DNA of 58,215 nucleotides, counting the filler, from Platydemus manokwari (Eukaryota): assembly GCA_037951405.1 (NCBI GenBank). It is 5 parts of 5 records of this genome, joined end to end, with 100 filler letters (N's around TTAATTAATTAA, not from the genome) between each part and the next. Parts side by side here need not be neighbours in the genome. Positions count along the whole stretch, not along the records: positions 49,452 to 58,215 come from JBBMOY011353871.1; 4 more parts are not named here. The stretch is one strand, 5' to 3'. Positions 55,023-58,215 of the stretch are shown here, piece by piece. Position 1 is the stretch's first letter, and every line of letters begins with the position of its first letter. Both the position numbers and the translations under genes were made by a program. Under the pieces are notes generated by a model, which was not told the DNA's origin, ran no database searches, and saw only the letters and a list, made by a program, of their open reading frames with translations.

Positions 55023-58000
55023 TAAGTTTTGTTCAGATCAAATCTAGTATTAATGTAGATGAAAATAATAATATTTTGGATGGAGTGAAATCAATAATGT
55101 TTATTGATTTATTTCAAATCATATTTATAGGATTATTGATTTTATATCTAACAATTTATATATTTATTTGTTTTAATCCAAATATTTTAATCGATTGGTT
55201 TTCCAAGATTGATCTTGATTTTTTGTTTAAACCAGCTGTGGAGGTAGCAATTATATCAGTATGCATTTATTGGCTTATATATATTTCAGTGTATTTAAAC
55301 AAATTGCAAAAATATATTCCGACTAACTGATATATTTTAATAATAATTATAATTATATTTTTCTATAAAACCCAATTATTTGCAATTTATTTGTCGTATT
55401 TGAAAATTCTTGCAATTTATAAAGAAAGCTCCAGCAATCCTTATCTTGTAGTTTTGTTTTTGCATTAGGCCAAGAATTAGAATAGGAGAATTATTTATAG
55501 TTACTCGTGATTACTAAAATGCAATCTTTGTAAATAAGGGTACAAATAATTCCTGGCTCTGTGTATAATTAATAACTAAAATTGGTAAAATCAATATTTA
55601 TTGGTGACTATCTAGTAGATAGGATTCCTTAAAAGGGTATAAAATCTTATTATTCATTCACAATATATACCCTCTTATTCTTTTTCGTCTATTATTGCGA
55701 GTGTTATCATTACCAGTTCATCGTTGGTTGTGATTAACGAAAGGAATTGCAGAATCCAATATTTTTATTGAACATTCCGTGATTCTTTTGCAGTTTTCTG
55801 CAATTTAATGAGCAGAACGTACAGGTTTATTGGTGAACTATTTTGATGGATTCGAATAAATTCTTTTCAATCTCTTATCAATTCTTTATGCTCTTGTCAG
55901 TACTGTTTTGAAAGAGAAGATTCGAAACTTAAATAAAGTTAAGTGGAGTCATTATTTTATATATGATGATTTGCATTTCAGTCTTTTTGGGACTGCATCG
56001 GCTGCGGGATAGATTTAATGAATTTTAAAGCAGACATCAATAAAAAGCTTTTCCAAGCTTTTGATATATTTCTTTTTTTTAATAATTGTTACTGGTTTTC
56101 ATTTAAAGGAGACATCTAATTAATTCGTTTATAATTCTCTCCTCACATCTCACAACAGTTAGTATGCAAAGACAGAGATAATCGATTACATAAATTAGGA
56201 AAAAAATGCAAAAACTAATCTGTTAGATTGAAATAAGTTTAAAAATCGCTACGAGTTACTGGTGAAATATTGGATTTATTTAAACTATCTATTGGAGATT
56301 TCAAAGAAGCTTGAAATATTTATGCGCTATGCTTATCTCCATGGAGTTTTTATTTCATTGTTATCCATTAGTGAAGAATTTCTTTCATTTTGTAAATATC
56401 CAATGAAAATGAATCTATAAAGTGTCACTGATAAATTATATTTTCAACAACCTATTTAAATAAAACATTAAATCCGTCTTAATAATCTACATTTTAATAA
56501 AAAATTTGTTTTTATAAATTTTAAAATCCAATGGATTCGAAATTGTAGACGAGTACACTATTTGGTCAAATGTGTCACATTTTCACAGATTCTTGACCAT
56601 CTTCGATTTTCTGCTAATTTCGTGTGCATAAATTCGTGCGGTGTTATTAGTTGCAAAAAAACACACCAACTTCTTGTTTGAACTGGTTTCGGTTATATTC
56701 ATTGAGCTGAATTATCGATTTAAATCATTTTAGACCAACTTTCAGTTTCAGATATTTGTTTTATCTAACGATTTCATGAATTCATTTTGTCATCTGGAAA
56801 TTTTTGCATGGTTTTTATCCTTGATCAGTATGCATTTTTCTTAATTGCGTAAAACCGCATGAACTTATGCACCAACCCAATAGAATTCTCTATTTATTAT
56901 TATATCAAATTCTCTTTTTATATCTTCACTATCTTATTTATCCTTTCTATATTGTTTATCTTCTTCATCTAATTTATTTCCTTTATATTGTAGATCTTTA
57001 TATCACTTTTTATCTTTATCTACTCTAACTTCATTATATTCTCTATTATATATTATTCTCTATTATATATTCTCTATATTTTGTATTTTTGCACCTTCTT
57101 GGAATTTTCTAAATCCTCTATATTCTCAATTTGCTATGTTTGTTCAAAAAATATTCTTAATTCGTTGTTTCAAACTATTCTGTCGTTACCATAACAAAGG
57201 TTCCAAGTTTGTCATTTTAGTAACTTATGGTTTTTTGGTTGAAATTTCACTTTTCTCCACTTTCTGGCATTGATTTTCGATAAATTGTGCTTATATGTAT
57301 GGTTGCCAAGGGATGTAATGGTATTCCATAAATACAAATCGAAAACTAATTAAGAAGTACAAACAAGGAAACAATATTTAATTAAAATATTCGAACAAAA
57401 TTTTTTAAAATGAGTATCGGGTATAATTAAATTAAATTGATTTACCATGGAATTACTATCGATCATAATATACTTTATTTGAAAATTTTAATGATTGATT
57501 AACTGAAATTAATCACTAATAAATAAACGATATTGAACAATAAAACAAATGACGAAATTAAAACAAAATATTCTGACAATATCTGTGAAAATTTTAAAAG
57601 ATCACAGCACGGCATACTAAATAAAATTGTTTAAAACACAAGCTATGAGATTCCTTAAATAATCAATCATTATCAACCTCCAAAAATTAGCGTATATCAA
57701 AATTCTCATTAAAAATATATCTTTAAAATTCTAATCCAGCCCTCAATCTCAATTCGAAATACTAAATCCAATGTAAGAATTGATTTGCATCTACCTTATC
57801 TGTGTTAAATGCCCAATGTCCGAGCTCAGAGTCATAAAAACTGCTAACGAAAGAGAAAAAGAAAAATAAGAAAAATACAGCAAATTGAGGAGGGCTTGGT
57901 TGAGCGTTAGAGTTGCAAACTTTTGTTGTTAGAGAGCTCGGATCGTGAGATATTGAGAGTAACGATATTATCAATTTTTATTTGATGAATTTTATCGAAA

Positions 58001-58215
58001 ATTATTGATAAATATTTACGCTTTTATAATATTTTGGGTTTGTTTGTTGTTGTGTTGAAGAATAATCAAAATATATTTAAAATTTTATTAATTTGATTAT
58101 AATTGGAGCTAAAATATTATAACATTTCACATAAATCAATTATAATATTAATAACAATAATAATTATACTTATTATTATTATTAGCTGAGTTATAATTGG
58201 GTATAACTTGATGAG

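Noticed and set aside
54736-55330. Hydrophobic short ORFs
   Set aside because: Non-ATG starts and Ile/Phe/Leu bias expected from AT-rich DNA; no recognisable motif.
1-58215. tRNA, rRNA, snRNA or spliced-leader RNA genes
   Set aside because: None recognised by eye; a covariance-model search would be needed to exclude them.

Overview
AT-rich animal genomic DNA with short GT-AG introns (41-122 nt in the small genes). It is probably a planarian flatworm, which is an inference from composition, intron size and GPCR type. Four identical 100-nt spacers (44 N + TTAATTAATTAA + 44 N) cut the window into five segments whose true adjacency is not established. Recognisable genes: two tandem intronless orphan class A GPCRs, UBE2H (5' five exons), a DUF1757-like gene (5' two exons), a non-alpha nicotinic acetylcholine receptor subunit (last two exons) and a complete VPS29. 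Mobile DNA: a multi-copy GG-terminated MITE family with 8-bp TSDs (Merlin-like), a hAT remnant with a perfect TSD, an internally deleted Tc1/mariner element, a solo LTR nested in a decayed Gypsy gag, and Helitron-like pieces. The most unusual pattern is the density of decayed host-gene remnants, several with splice sites (GCN1-like 3' end, a GPCR, a possible GT92 glycosyltransferase, unidentified multi-exon relics), beside intact housekeeping genes. I found no convincing novel multi-gene system. All family assignments come from manual translation and recalled motifs, not database searches.
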